A stretch of 64,000 bases of DNA from positions 698,735 through 762,734 of the forward strand of contig JAHDYR010000038.1 in assembly GCA_019828565.1 (NCBI GenBank). The letters run 5' to 3'. Below, in pieces: positions 30,809-40,894 of this stretch; the stretch's first letter is position 1, and every line of letters begins with the position of its first letter. Source of the stretch: Carpediemonas membranifera BICM. Taxonomy: Eukaryota; Protista; Fornicata. The notes below the pieces were generated by a model. The model did no database searches and was not told the origin of the DNA. It worked only from the letters and a program-made list of their open reading frames with translations. The translations under genes were made by a program, and so were the position numbers.

Positions 30809-30992
30809 CAGACTAAGATGACGAAGACGACACGAGCTTCAGACGCCGGCAATGGACGACAGATGAGCGCGTAACAGACGAGCACAGACGCGAAAGAAGA
30901 CAGCAGCGTTCGACACAGATGATGGACGACAGACGACGCATCTTTTCGTGCAGACCGACGACTGAAAGCACGAAAGCCAGATGGTACAGACG
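30809..30992 (+). repeat. Subterminal array of 10 CAGAY(G) motifs at the 5' end of the Fanzor cassette
   Basis: CAGAY at 30809, 30840, 30860, 30875, 30885, 30916, 30930, 30951, 30978, 30987; ATGGACGACAGA duplicated at 30852 and 30922. Confidence 0.7.
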
Positions 30993-31019
30993 AGGGCTGA
31001 AGTGGGTGAGTGGAGGTAG

Positions 31020-31053
31020 TGTGCCGCGCAGGATTAGAATTGTTCAGTCTAAA
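31020..31053. repeat. Direct repeat copy at the 5' end of the Fanzor cassette (putative target or target-site duplication)
   Basis: TGTGCCGCGCAGGATTAGAATTGTT(c)AGTC(t)AAA. Confidence 0.95.
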
Positions 31054-31301
31054 TAAAAAAGATCCCGCCCAGAACCGTCGCTCTTACCATCGCCGACGCC
31101 CTCATGTCCGCTACCCTTCTGGTGTACGACAGGTGGGCCGTCAGACTGAACCTGTTCAGTCCTCTGGAGTTCATCCCAGGGGGGTCGACAGCCTAAGTCA
31201 CCTTTACATGAATCCTCCACATAAACCCTCTAAACATAAACCCTCTAAATACCACAGGCACTCGGCGCTAACCTGCACCACAACAACCCGAGCGAAATTC
31301 C

Positions 31302-34300
31302 ATGGTCATTCTCACTGACTGTGATCTCCAGATCACAGTAGGCGACGTTGAGAGGAAGAAAGCTCGCGAGCGTGCCCGTATTCAGGCCGAAAAGCGCAAG
31401 AAGGAGGAAGAACACGCTGCCGAGAAGAAACGGCGCGAGGAGGCAAGGAGAAAGGAAGCTACCCAGCGTTTCCAGGACAAATTGATGGAAATACAATCCG
31501 AGGTGAAGAGTTCAGCGCACAAGAACCTTGATCGCAAGGCCAAGCGCGAGGCCACCCTGCATCGCAACATGGACGCACTCCTCAAGGCCGGGAAGAACCC
31601 ATACGAGGTCTTCAGACAGCGCGACGTCGAGAAGGAGAAGACACGCCTCCTGAAGGAACGTGATGAGCGGCTTCAGTCAAACCAGGAGGCCGTGGAGCAG
31701 TGGGTCAGGGAGGACGGGGAGCGGATCAAGAGACTCGAGGCCGCAGACAGAGCGAGGAAGGACCAGGAGCGTACTGTGCCGAACTTGGAGCAGATCAGGG
31801 CGGAGCGGGTGGTGGAGCGGCTGTCCTCCGGTGTCGACGGGATCCCCACTCACTCGTTCGGGAGCGGGAAGGCCACCCAGGACATCGTGCTGCGTGCCGA
31901 GAAGGAGCTCAAGCGCATGGCTCGCAAGGCTGGCATGAACCACCGCGAGTTGCTCCAGCCGATCGCCCAAGCCACAGAAACTGCCGCAATCGCCCAGAGA
32001 TCGATGTTCAAGGACGGCGACTTCGAGGACACCAGCGACAACATCGTCCTGGACACCGCGAGCAAGCCCAAGCCCGGGTTCAAGCCCACCACACGCATGC
32101 AGGCGAGGGGCGTCACCCGGGGCATGAACTACACGGCCAGACCACAGGTGACGGCGGGGCGGGTGTTCGAAGGCGCCAGTTACACACCGTCGCCCGCAGT
32201 GGTCGAGTTCACAGACTACTCTCCCGGCAAGTCGTATAAGTTCAAGCTGACACTGACGAACTCGAGTCTGACCCGATCCAGCTTCGTCATCGCAGACCTG
32301 CCCCCGGACGCCGCCAGGGTGTTTGACGTGGAGTACAAGAAGCCCGGCCTGCTTGGAGCTGGTCTGTCGGTGCCCGTCCTGCTCACATTCACCCCGAACA
32401 CACCCAATGACCTCGACGCGGAGCTGGAAGTGCGGTGCGACACGGGCATCCTATACGTCCCTATCAGATGCCGCGGCCGTAAGATCGACCTCCAGCTGTC
32501 CGAGCCCGCCATCGTGTTTCCCCCGGCCTACGTCGGGTCGACCACTCACCGCCTGGTGACGCTGACAAACCACGGTGCCCTTGACGCCGTGTGTCTGGTC
32601 GAGTGGTTCGAGCCGAAGGAGGAGGTTTACGGCAATGCCACACCCACGGCTGCACTCAACCCGCCGAGCCGACTCGGGGCCCGACCTGCACCAGGGAGCT
32701 CCGTGGCCGAGTTCGTATCGGACGTGGCCTCGACCAAGGCGACTCTGGCCCCGGTGGACACGCCCATCGTCGCCTCTCTGGTCCAGGAGATGTCGGGTGA
32801 CGCCCCCGCAGAGGACGACTCCGACGACGAGGAGGGTCTGGGCAATATGGACGACGCCCTCATGCACTCCAAAACCAGCCGCATATTCAGCGTCCCAGCT
32901 CGGTCAGCAACCTCATTCATCGTCGCGTTCAAACCGAAGACGGATGACGAGCTCCACACGATGCTCGCCATCCGGTACAAACCCCAGCTCAGGTCCACTC
33001 TCACGGCGGAGATCGGCGCCTTTGCCCAGCTCAAGAAGCTCCAGGAGATCATGGCCGACCAGGAAGCCCAGGAGACCCGGACAGACAAGGAGGTCGGCAC
33101 CGCTCTGGGCGCTCCTACGGTGCTGTCGATGGTCAGTGAGTCCGCCGAGGTCCAGAAGTCGTTGAAGTACGAGTCGGCGCACTATGGGTCCGTCGACCTG
33201 CACATCAGGGCGGCGGGTGAACCGAATCCGATCTCCGCGGTTGAAGATACAGTCGATTTCCAGACTGTGATCTCCGGTGACACTTATCGGCAGATTGTGA
33301 CATTGCAGAACTCATCACACGTCACTCTGTCGTTCACGGCAAAGATCCCCGCCGACGTGGCCCGGACCGGACTCATTGCTTGCACCCCCAAGTCCGCCTG
33401 GGTCCAGCGGGAATCGACGATGGGCATCGCAGTGAAGCTGACGCCGGACTATGGCAAGACCCAGCAGATAGCCGCGGCACACCCGGACTGGGTTGACGGT
33501 AGCGGCGTTATGAGGGTGCCGATGTCGGTGGCGGTGCCCGGCCAGCCGCTCAAGGTCAGAATTGGCCTTAAACTGCGGGTGACTGAGACGACTGTGCTCG
33601 TGAAGCAACGGGTAGAGACTGTCGTACAGGAGCAGCCTGTGGCGTCGGAAGCAGACGAAGAAAAGCCCGCCGACAACAGCGAGGCCGAGGCCAAGGATGC
33701 CGAAGCCGAGGCTGACCCCGAGGTTGTCGAGGCCGACTCCCCCGCCCCGTCGATCGCCCACACGGGCACGCCCCGCTCCCGCCTGGACTTCGGCACAGTG
33801 TACATCGGGCAGTCCCGGTCTATGGTGGTCGATGTCACGAACACAGCGTTGGTCGAGCAGATTATCAGATTCACTAAGGTGCCACCGGATCTCCGGATTG
33901 TCCCCAATGACGGCATCTTCGCCATACCCGCGCAGACGACCCTGCCGGTCACCTTTGTGTTCATGCCCCGTGCGGTTGCCCCACTTAGCTCAGCTGTCAA
34001 GGTCCAAACAGACCTCGGGTTCGAGACTACAGTTTTTATCGCCGGCAAGTGCATCACACCACCTCTTGTACCCAGACCTCAGCTGCTACTGCTGCCCGCC
34101 GTAGCCTGGGACGACAACGTCGAGACGACGCTCACCCTGACGAATGACGGCAACGCCCCCCGCTGGTTCGACCTCGCCCTCCCCGCGGCCGACTGCCCCT
34201 TGAGCTTCACACCGCGGGCCGGTAACATTCCCGCGAAGTCCTCGCTGAAGGTGATCGTCAAGTTCAGGCCCAAGCGGGGCCACTTCGACCCCGACGCCCT

Positions 34301-35633
34301 TGCCCAGTGGGCGACCTTCATGGCCCACGGGTCATACAAATTCGTCCGGATTGACGACCGGCCCCGGCCCAAGGGCGAGCCGGTCGGCCCAGCCCTGACG
34401 TTCTCCATCCCACTGTTCGCGTCAGACCCCATCGACATGGCCACAGCTGGGGCCACACTCGCAGCAAACCCCGCCTGCTCGGCACAAGCCCAGCTCATCC
34501 AGCTCGAGACAATCGTGGTCGAGCCGCCTCTCTTCGCCCAACTGCCCGACCAGGCGGTGGGGGACGGGCAGGCTCAGATCACACTCGACTTCGGGGACGT
34601 AGCCATCGGAAGGAAGGTCGTGCGGTCGTTCCTGCTGAGTACAAACGGAAACGCCATGGTGTCTCTCAATACCGAGCACCCCCACGCTTCTGGTATTTTC
34701 GAGGTGCTCAACTCCATATGGAGCAGGAATGTGACGTCCCAGCAGTCGCTTGAAGTCCGAGTGCAGTTTTCGCCCCACGAAGCTGTGGAGGAGCTCGGCC
34801 AGCTCATGGTACGCTCCTCTGACGGCCACGGCGTCACTGCCAACCTCAGGGGCCGTGGCGCCCTGCCGCGCCTGGTGGTCGACCCCGAGGTGACCTTCAT
34901 CGCTTTCCCAGGCTCCATGCCGTTGTCTGAGTCGACCCGCACGATCAAGCTGAAGAACATTACCAGCCTGACGTGCACACTGAAGGCTGAGGTGGTCGAC
35001 CCCTCGTGCATCGACCCCACTGGCCCCGTGTTCATCGCCCAGCCGGGTGAGACGGAGGTCGGGCCGCACGAGGAGGTCGAGGTGACGCTGCTCGCGTCGG
35101 CCCGGACGGCGGGGATCTACACGGCAGCCGTGCGTCTCATAGTAGACGAGATCCACCTCGTCAAGGAGATCCCGCTCGCCCTGCATGTGCACAACAAGCC
35201 CCTGGTGCTCTCATCGAACCTGCTCGAGAGCGCGGAGGACATTGCAGCGCTACGGGCCTCAGCCAAGCTCGGCGGCCGGTGCCCTGTCATCCTGTTCGAC
35301 GACAACTTCAAGGACGAGACGGCCAATGGCGAGTCGACCCGCACTGTCCTCATCCGCAACGGGGCGGCTCCAGCGAAGTCGACCTCGTCATGGGAGATCG
35401 AGGCGCCCACCCTCGAGGGGCTGACCATTGCCCCGCTCAAGGGCACGCTCGACTCCGGGGCGACGGCCACAGTCACGATGAAGTTCAAGCCGCCCGCCCT
35501 GAACCCCGAGTCCGCTGAGTACCATCTGAAGGCAGACCATTGGGCGACGTCCAAGGTGAGCGTGATGCTGACCCATACGGCCGACGACGTCGAGCGGCGC
35601 GTCGTCAATGTTCGGGCGTTCCTGGGCCGGTGA
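31302..35633 (+). CDS. CFAP74: Cilia- and flagella-associated protein 74-like (N-terminal coiled coil + multiple ASH domains)
   Basis: 'LLKAGKNPYEVFR' and 'PSPAVVEFTDYSPGKSYKFKLTLTNSS'; repeated LDFG.V..G......N ASH domains; true 5' end may involve small introns. Confidence 0.75.
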   Translation: MVILTDCDLQITVGDVERKKARERARIQAEKRKKEEEHAAEKKRREEARRKEATQRFQDKLMEIQSEVKSSAHKNLDRKAKREATLHRNMDALLKAGKNPYEVFRQRDVEKEKTRLLKERDERLQSNQEAVEQWVREDGERIKRLEAADRARKDQERTVPNLEQIRAERVVERLSSGVDGIPTHSFGSGKATQDIVLRAEKELKRMARKAGMNHRELLQPIAQATETAAIAQRSMFKDGDFEDTSDNIVLDTASKPKPGFKPTTRMQARGVTRGMNYTARPQVTAGRVFEGASYTPSPAVVEFTDYSPGKSYKFKLTLTNSSLTRSSFVIADLPPDAARVFDVEYKKPGLLGAGLSVPVLLTFTPNTPNDLDAELEVRCDTGILYVPIRCRGRKIDLQLSEPAIVFPPAYVGSTTHRLVTLTNHGALDAVCLVEWFEPKEEVYGNATPTAALNPPSRLGARPAPGSSVAEFVSDVASTKATLAPVDTPIVASLVQEMSGDAPAEDDSDDEEGLGNMDDALMHSKTSRIFSVPARSATSFIVAFKPKTDDELHTMLAIRYKPQLRSTLTAEIGAFAQLKKLQEIMADQEAQETRTDKEVGTALGAPTVLSMVSESAEVQKSLKYESAHYGSVDLHIRAAGEPNPISAVEDTVDFQTVISGDTYRQIVTLQNSSHVTLSFTAKIPADVARTGLIACTPKSAWVQRESTMGIAVKLTPDYGKTQQIAAAHPDWVDGSGVMRVPMSVAVPGQPLKVRIGLKLRVTETTVLVKQRVETVVQEQPVASEADEEKPADNSEAEAKDAEAEADPEVVEADSPAPSIAHTGTPRSRLDFGTVYIGQSRSMVVDVTNTALVEQIIRFTKVPPDLRIVPNDGIFAIPAQTTLPVTFVFMPRAVAPLSSAVKVQTDLGFETTVFIAGKCITPPLVPRPQLLLLPAVAWDDNVETTLTLTNDGNAPRWFDLALPAADCPLSFTPRAGNIPAKSSLKVIVKFRPKRGHFDPDALAQWATFMAHGSYKFVRIDDRPRPKGEPVGPALTFSIPLFASDPIDMATAGATLAANPACSAQAQLIQLETIVVEPPLFAQLPDQAVGDGQAQITLDFGDVAIGRKVVRSFLLSTNGNAMVSLNTEHPHASGIFEVLNSIWSRNVTSQQSLEVRVQFSPHEAVEELGQLMVRSSDGHGVTANLRGRGALPRLVVDPEVTFIAFPGSMPLSESTRTIKLKNITSLTCTLKAEVVDPSCIDPTGPVFIAQPGETEVGPHEEVEVTLLASARTAGIYTAAVRLIVDEIHLVKEIPLALHVHNKPLVLSSNLLESAEDIAALRASAKLGGRCPVILFDDNFKDETANGESTRTVLIRNGAAPAKSTSSWEIEAPTLEGLTIAPLKGTLDSGATATVTMKFKPPALNPESAEYHLKADHWATSKVSVMLTHTADDVERRVVNVRAFLGR

Positions 35634-35779
35634 GGTAGGGGGTGTATGTATGTTAAAGTTCGTGCCATGTAATTCTGGTTCAGACGTGTATATAGTCTCC
35701 AACAGTCATCAGCACCGATCAGACAGGCGACTATCTCCTTTATTACAATGGGGTGAGCTACGATGACAGGCCCCCTCGT

Positions 35780-36943
35780 CTACTTGGGCAGCGCCAGACA
35801 CTCGGCGAACCCGGCCAGCTCCATCTGCACCTGGCCCTGCGCCGCCTCGAACATCGCCCGCACCTTGGCGCTGCGGGCCTCATAAAACTCAGCGAGCTTG
35901 GCCATCTCGGCCTTGAGCTCCTCGATTTCCCGCTGCAGCCGCTGGCGTGACTCCCGCAAGCTCTCCTCCTTCCGCTGCTCGTCCGCATCGCCAGACCCGC
36001 CGGTCCCACTGACGACGGCGGCCTTGAGGGCGTCCAGCTGCTTGTTGAGCTGCTCTATAGTCTTCTGCCGGACCTTCACCGTCGCCTGGTGCGACGTGAG
36101 CTCCTGCATCCCCGAGTCGAGCGTCTGGGTGAGCTCATGGATGTCGTGGTCGAGCTCCTCCACGGTGTCCACCCGCTCCTCGATCAGCAGGCCCTGTACA
36201 CGGTTCAGGGTCTCGTTGAACTGCATCAGCTCAACCTCACCCTGCTGCAGCTCGGTGCGGAGCCGCCTCAGTTGCTCCCGGACAGCCTTCTGGTTGGCCT
36301 CGAGCTCGGTATTCGATGCCCGGAGCTCTTCTGGGTCCATTACGAGAAGGTCGTGCTTCTCGCCGAGCTGCTGCCTCACCGCCTCGTCCTCTTGGATGCA
36401 CCGCTCGACTGCCTCCTGTCTCTGCCGCTCGCTGGTGACCTTGCGTCTCTCCTGCTCGAGCTCGCGGCTGACCTCCTCGTCTTTGATGGCAGCCCGCTCC
36501 TGGTTCTCGCGGAGTTCGTCCCGTCTGGCCTGGGCGTCTGAGATGACCTGATTCACAGAGTCGTGCTGCACTGCCACCTTCACCACAAGCTCACGCGCTG
36601 CTAGGTAACCGAAGATCTGGCTCAAGGCCTCTTCGAAGCTCTCGCCTTTGTAAAACATTGGGCGGTGGAGCGCGCGGTCCTTGGATTGTTCGGCGCTGCC
36701 TGTGGTGAAGCCTAACTTGGTCATAAGCGTAGAGAAGTTCATGAATTGAACATGTAAGCTTGGAGACATGTCCTCATTGCCTTGAGACACCAGAAGGTTG
36801 CCCAAACACGCAAGAATGTCCCTTTTGTCAACGATGGTGAGGGATGAGAGCGCACAGTCATACCGGCCCATGAATGTTTCGGATATTCTTAGCCTTAGAT
36901 CATCAGCTGATAACTTAGGGAACTTCATTCGCCCTGTGCTCAT
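35780..36943 (-). CDS. Candidate highly divergent Nuf2 (Ndc80 complex subunit)
   Basis: N-terminal FPKLSADDL (Nuf2 FP.L...EI); 'ALSQIFGYLAARE' (LS..INF..FRE); coiled coil broken by 'LVMDPEELR' (IV.SPE.L); 387 aa. Confidence 0.55.
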   Translation of the reverse strand: MSTGRMKFPKLSADDLRLRISETFMGRYDCALSSLTIVDKRDILACLGNLLVSQGNEDMSPSLHVQFMNFSTLMTKLGFTTGSAEQSKDRALHRPMFYKGESFEEALSQIFGYLAARELVVKVAVQHDSVNQVISDAQARRDELRENQERAAIKDEEVSRELEQERRKVTSERQRQEAVERCIQEDEAVRQQLGEKHDLLVMDPEELRASNTELEANQKAVREQLRRLRTELQQGEVELMQFNETLNRVQGLLIEERVDTVEELDHDIHELTQTLDSGMQELTSHQATVKVRQKTIEQLNKQLDALKAAVVSGTGGSGDADEQRKEESLRESRQRLQREIEELKAEMAKLAEFYEARSAKVRAMFEAAQGQVQMELAGFAECLALPK

Positions 36944-37093
36944 ACTTTTGGCTTTGGCGCTTTTCTGGCAAAACTTTTCTGCTCCGAGCCATCAGCCAGG
37001 CTTTATGGTGTGCTTCCGACCTGGGAGGAGCATGGACGTGCGCTGGTAGACGTTTCAAAAATTCGCACTTTAGAGCTCGAAACGACCGCGAGG

Positions 37094-38002
37094 ATGGATA
37101 AGTCCAACGAGGACCCATTCAAACCAACCGAATTATTGAAGAGACTCCGTTCATCTAGTATAGCTTCTCGGAATACATCGCCGACGCGTTCAAACTTTGG
37201 CGGGCACGCTGGTGATCGGTCCGATGTTCAGAGCATGTACGCACAGTCTTTCCGTCAAAGTAGGAGTGTCCTGTATACACAAGGCGATTTTAGATCTGGA
37301 CGCGGAATTTCACGGCATGAGCTTGCCAGGCTGGAGGGTTCAATCGAAACCAACACGAGCGAGCTTGAAATCGTCCGCAGAGCGCATGAAGACACCCGGA
37401 AGGAGATGTCTCGCATCCGCACGGAGATTGCTAGCATGCAGCACAAGATCACCGAGACGCAGGACACCGTCCGCGCCCAGACGTCCCGAGTGGCCGTGCT
37501 CGACGCCGACAACAAGAAGTTGCAGCAAGAGGCCATCCAACTCCGCGAGCTGATCCCCAAGAAGATCGAGGAGCTTGTCGGGGTGGCCGAGTCTACCGTC
37601 GAGCAGCTGATGGAGGTCAGGGCCGCCGCCCGCACCCCCTGCCCCGATCCCTCTCCAATCCTCCCCACAGCATGGGAGAGCGAGCCCGCCTACCCCCCAG
37701 CGTCCCAGGGCTCGGGCCAGTGGAGCACAGCCGACCCCCAGCCCTCCATGACCCTGGGGCCTGAGGGGGTGGGGCGGACTGGAGCACCGGGTTCTGGTGG
37801 CGGATACGAGTTATCGTCCACACAGAAGTTCGTACTGCCCCCGTACGGGAATCGGGGCGGCGAGTCGGGCACCAGGCGAGCACCGAAGAGCGCGAGTCCT
37901 CAGAAGCGGCTCCGGTCACCGCCCAAGAGGATGATGCCGCCGCCGAGCTACGAGAGCACGAACAGGGTGCCGACGTCGAACCTGACGCTGACCCTGGTCT
38001 GA
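37094..38002 (+). CDS. Hypothetical coiled-coil protein with Pro/Ser-rich tail
   Basis: Long ORF with heptad segment; host-like codon usage. Confidence 0.6.
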   Translation: MDKSNEDPFKPTELLKRLRSSSIASRNTSPTRSNFGGHAGDRSDVQSMYAQSFRQSRSVLYTQGDFRSGRGISRHELARLEGSIETNTSELEIVRRAHEDTRKEMSRIRTEIASMQHKITETQDTVRAQTSRVAVLDADNKKLQQEAIQLRELIPKKIEELVGVAESTVEQLMEVRAAARTPCPDPSPILPTAWESEPAYPPASQGSGQWSTADPQPSMTLGPEGVGRTGAPGSGGGYELSSTQKFVLPPYGNRGGESGTRRAPKSASPQKRLRSPPKRMMPPPSYESTNRVPTSNLTLTLV

Positions 38003-38443
38003 GCAGGGGCTGACTCATTGGACAAGGTTTGGTGGGGTTTGGGTTTGATTGGTGGTTACATCGAGACATGTTTACTGTAAACCCAGTTTCCTGTCTGTGG
38101 CGTTGGTGTGTCTCGGTGTCTGCTGCTGTCTGCTGGATGACTGATGGCATGTTCGTACATCCGGTGGTGTGGGGCGGTCAGTGCAGCATGGGGAGTAGTG
38201 AGCTGTTGGATAATACTGATGGTATTGAATAGAGGTTGATAGCTCTGATTCTACAATGGCAAGTCGACCTGTATTGACAATTATTGTCTGGCAGTCGCGA
38301 TTGGAAGCAACAAAGACGCCCAGAACTCTCTCAAGCCAGTACGATGGGTCTCATTGCGCGGAAATGGTGGCTTCATCTCGATTTACGCGTATACATTATG
38401 GCTTTGATAATTCTGCACAGCAGTCAAACGAACATCAGGCAAT

Positions 38444-39223
38444 ATGGACTTGCCTGGCTATTCGTCCCTCTCTCACCAGCCCATACCGACCACTGAACAT
38501 CAACCACCAGTTGAGGCCCCATCATTAGCGCCAGCAATCGGAGATGAGGCGGCAGCAAGCAGCAGCATTCAAACACACTTCTATCTATGGAACTGGCCCG
38601 ATAAGAAGATGTATTTGCGGAAAATGAAAGACGATACGATCAATCGTCTTGATCTTCTGTGGGCGAATGGAGACTGGAGCCATAGGAAAGACCATGATAA
38701 GATCAAGCAATGCAAGATCTGCCAGTCCTACTTCGCCCCCGGGACATCCACGGTGCAGCTCATGGCACATGTTACTAAGTGCCAGCAGCGTACGAACCTC
38801 GGGCCGCAGCCACTGGATGAGTTCAAGCCACCCTTTGTCCCACCAGCCCGCCTCGCCGTGTCGGACGTGCCCTCGGTCCCCCCAGTGGTGGCGGACATCC
38901 CCTATAGGATCTCCGCACACGAGCTGAACGCGCACATCGAGGAGGACTGTCTGTGCCCGCTCCAGGCGAGGCTGGCGGACCTATCACGGAAGGAGCAGGA
39001 GCTCAATGAAATCCTCATGAGCCTGATGTACTCGGGCTCAGAAACCGGGTTCAAGCGCACGCTCATGGTCTACCAGGCCATCCAGTACGCTGTGAACGAC
39101 GTTTCGCTCAGGATCAGGCGGCTCGAGGACGCCGACACGCACGTCAGGATACCGCCCGACGACCCGATGCCTGGTGCCCTGCCGCTGCCTCCCGTTGTGA
39201 CGGGCAATAAGTCCGTGCTGTAG
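38444..39223 (+). CDS. BED-like zinc finger protein
   Basis: W-x11-CKIC-x7-TST..LMAHVTKC (C2HC, BED-like). Confidence 0.55.
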   Translation: MDLPGYSSLSHQPIPTTEHQPPVEAPSLAPAIGDEAAASSSIQTHFYLWNWPDKKMYLRKMKDDTINRLDLLWANGDWSHRKDHDKIKQCKICQSYFAPGTSTVQLMAHVTKCQQRTNLGPQPLDEFKPPFVPPARLAVSDVPSVPPVVADIPYRISAHELNAHIEEDCLCPLQARLADLSRKEQELNEILMSLMYSGSETGFKRTLMVYQAIQYAVNDVSLRIRRLEDADTHVRIPPDDPMPGALPLPPVVTGNKSVL

Positions 39224-39338
39224 TTTGCCGTAAATTTTCTTGAATCTCTGTGGATTGAGCCTTTTGTGTCCTTCTGGTCTCTTTGCGGATTTGTCAGTTT
39301 TGGCACAGTTTTTGGTTAGTGACGAGCTTGCAGCAACG

Positions 39339-40679
39339 ATGAGCCCAGCTGGCAATTCTAGTCAGCGAAGACCTCCACGGCATCCTGATGATGGCGAATC
39401 GATGTCTGTTAAGAAGTCCGAGATGAAAGCTCTGTTGAAATTTGTCGAGGACTCCAGAGCCGGCTTGAAAAGGTCCAAGATAGAATACGCAGCATTGAAA
39501 GAGGAAAATAGAGAGCTTAAAAAACGATCGCGGGACCTACAGTCGAACAACGACGAGGCCGTCCAGGGACTCCGCAAGGATTTGGCCTCGATAGAGCGCG
39601 AAAAGGCCGCAGTCGGCGATGATCTGAGAGATAAGACGAAATCACTGGGCGAGGTTACCTTAGAGAGGGATGATCTCCGCCGCAAGCTCGCCGACCGTGA
39701 GAGACTGGTCGTGAGGCTCGAGTCGATGGTCGAGAAGAACACTCATGGGCAAATGGACGCGAGCCAGCTGGCATCTCGGCTTGAACGGGAAGTGAAGCTT
39801 CTGAAGGATCATATAGCAGACCTTGAGGGGCGACACGCCGAGCTTGCCGAGGCCGAGGAGCCCGTGGCGGTGTTACGGAGCCAACTGGCCGCATCTGAGA
39901 GAGAAAGAAAGGCGACAGAAAGCGCGTTACGACATCTCCAGGCCGAGCATGAGGAACTGACCGAGACTTCGATGACATACTACAACGCGACTCATGCCAG
40001 GTATAGGAAGCTCAGCGCCGAGTACGAAGACGCCATGCAAGAGAGCACGGCAAAGCTGGAGGTCGCCAAGGCTAAGATCATCGAGCAGCGCGAGGAGATC
40101 GCGAGTCTGCGGGAACTCGGACAGCGGTGGAGGAGCATTCATGCCGAGCTGGAGGCCCGGGCGTCGCGGGCAGAGTCGGAGTTGAAGTCAAGCCGGAGTC
40201 GAGTCGAGGAGCTCGAGTCAAATGTCGAGGAGCTTAGCGAAGACCATGACGAGCTCGAGGGCCTCGTGAGCCGGTACAGAGCAGAGAGGGATGCCGCTAG
40301 AGACGAGCTGGACGGGGTGAAGGAGTCCGTAGGCCTCGCACAGACCAACATTGACAGGTACAACGAGGAGAAGAAGAAGCTGAAGGAGAAGGCGGACGCA
40401 CTACAGAGTCAGGTCGGGCAGCTGACTTCGGACCTCGAGGCGAGTCGGGGGGAGGCGGATGAGGCGACAAGGGAGGTGTCGCTGCTGCTGGAGAGGGTGG
40501 AGACCGCGGAGGGCAGGGCTAATGCAGCTGAGGCGGTCTCATCACAGCTCAAGAAGGCGCTGGACGAGGCCAAGGCCCGGCAGCTCGAGGCGGAGGGCCG
40601 TGTGGCCGGGCTGGAGACGGAGCTCGAGCAGGGTCGGGCCCGATGGAGCCAGGTGCAGGCCCTGGTCGGCGGGCGGTGA
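39339..40679 (+). CDS. Long coiled-coil protein (cytoskeletal or basal-body-like)
   Basis: About 400 aa of continuous E/K/R/L heptads. Confidence 0.7.
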   Translation: MSPAGNSSQRRPPRHPDDGESMSVKKSEMKALLKFVEDSRAGLKRSKIEYAALKEENRELKKRSRDLQSNNDEAVQGLRKDLASIEREKAAVGDDLRDKTKSLGEVTLERDDLRRKLADRERLVVRLESMVEKNTHGQMDASQLASRLEREVKLLKDHIADLEGRHAELAEAEEPVAVLRSQLAASERERKATESALRHLQAEHEELTETSMTYYNATHARYRKLSAEYEDAMQESTAKLEVAKAKIIEQREEIASLRELGQRWRSIHAELEARASRAESELKSSRSRVEELESNVEELSEDHDELEGLVSRYRAERDAARDELDGVKESVGLAQTNIDRYNEEKKKLKEKADALQSQVGQLTSDLEASRGEADEATREVSLLLERVETAEGRANAAEAVSSQLKKALDEAKARQLEAEGRVAGLETELEQGRARWSQVQALVGGR

Positions 40680-40894
40680 AGGGGGAGGGGGCGCCGCTAT
40701 GTTACTATGTTACTCACTAAAGGATGGACTGTCGCACGGTGACCCGACCCAGTGTGGAGTCGGGGTCTGTCTGACGAAATGGGTATGACACTTGAGGGGC
40801 ATTGGAGATCTGTCCGATGCTTAGAGCCCTCCAGAGCCACCCTATACGACGAAATCATCGCTAGGCCTTAAAATGCACAAGAAGAACATTCGGC

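Larger units (their letters stand above)
28845..31053 (-). mobile_element. Fanzor1 cassette (no transposase ORF found) bounded by 25-34 bp direct repeats
   Basis: Fanzor ORF, downstream hairpins and identical 25-mer at both ends; lower GC than flanking host genes; sits between divergent genes. Confidence 0.82.

Noticed and set aside
28845-31053. Direct repeats as a CRISPR array or LTRs
   Set aside because: Only two copies 2.2 kb apart; no spacers, cas, gag or RT genes; too short for LTRs
36953-36960. E2F-like TTTGGCGC upstream of the Nuf2-like gene (and TTCCCGC upstream of Ctf4)
   Set aside because: Short motifs expected by chance in GC-rich DNA; cannot be supported without enrichment analysis
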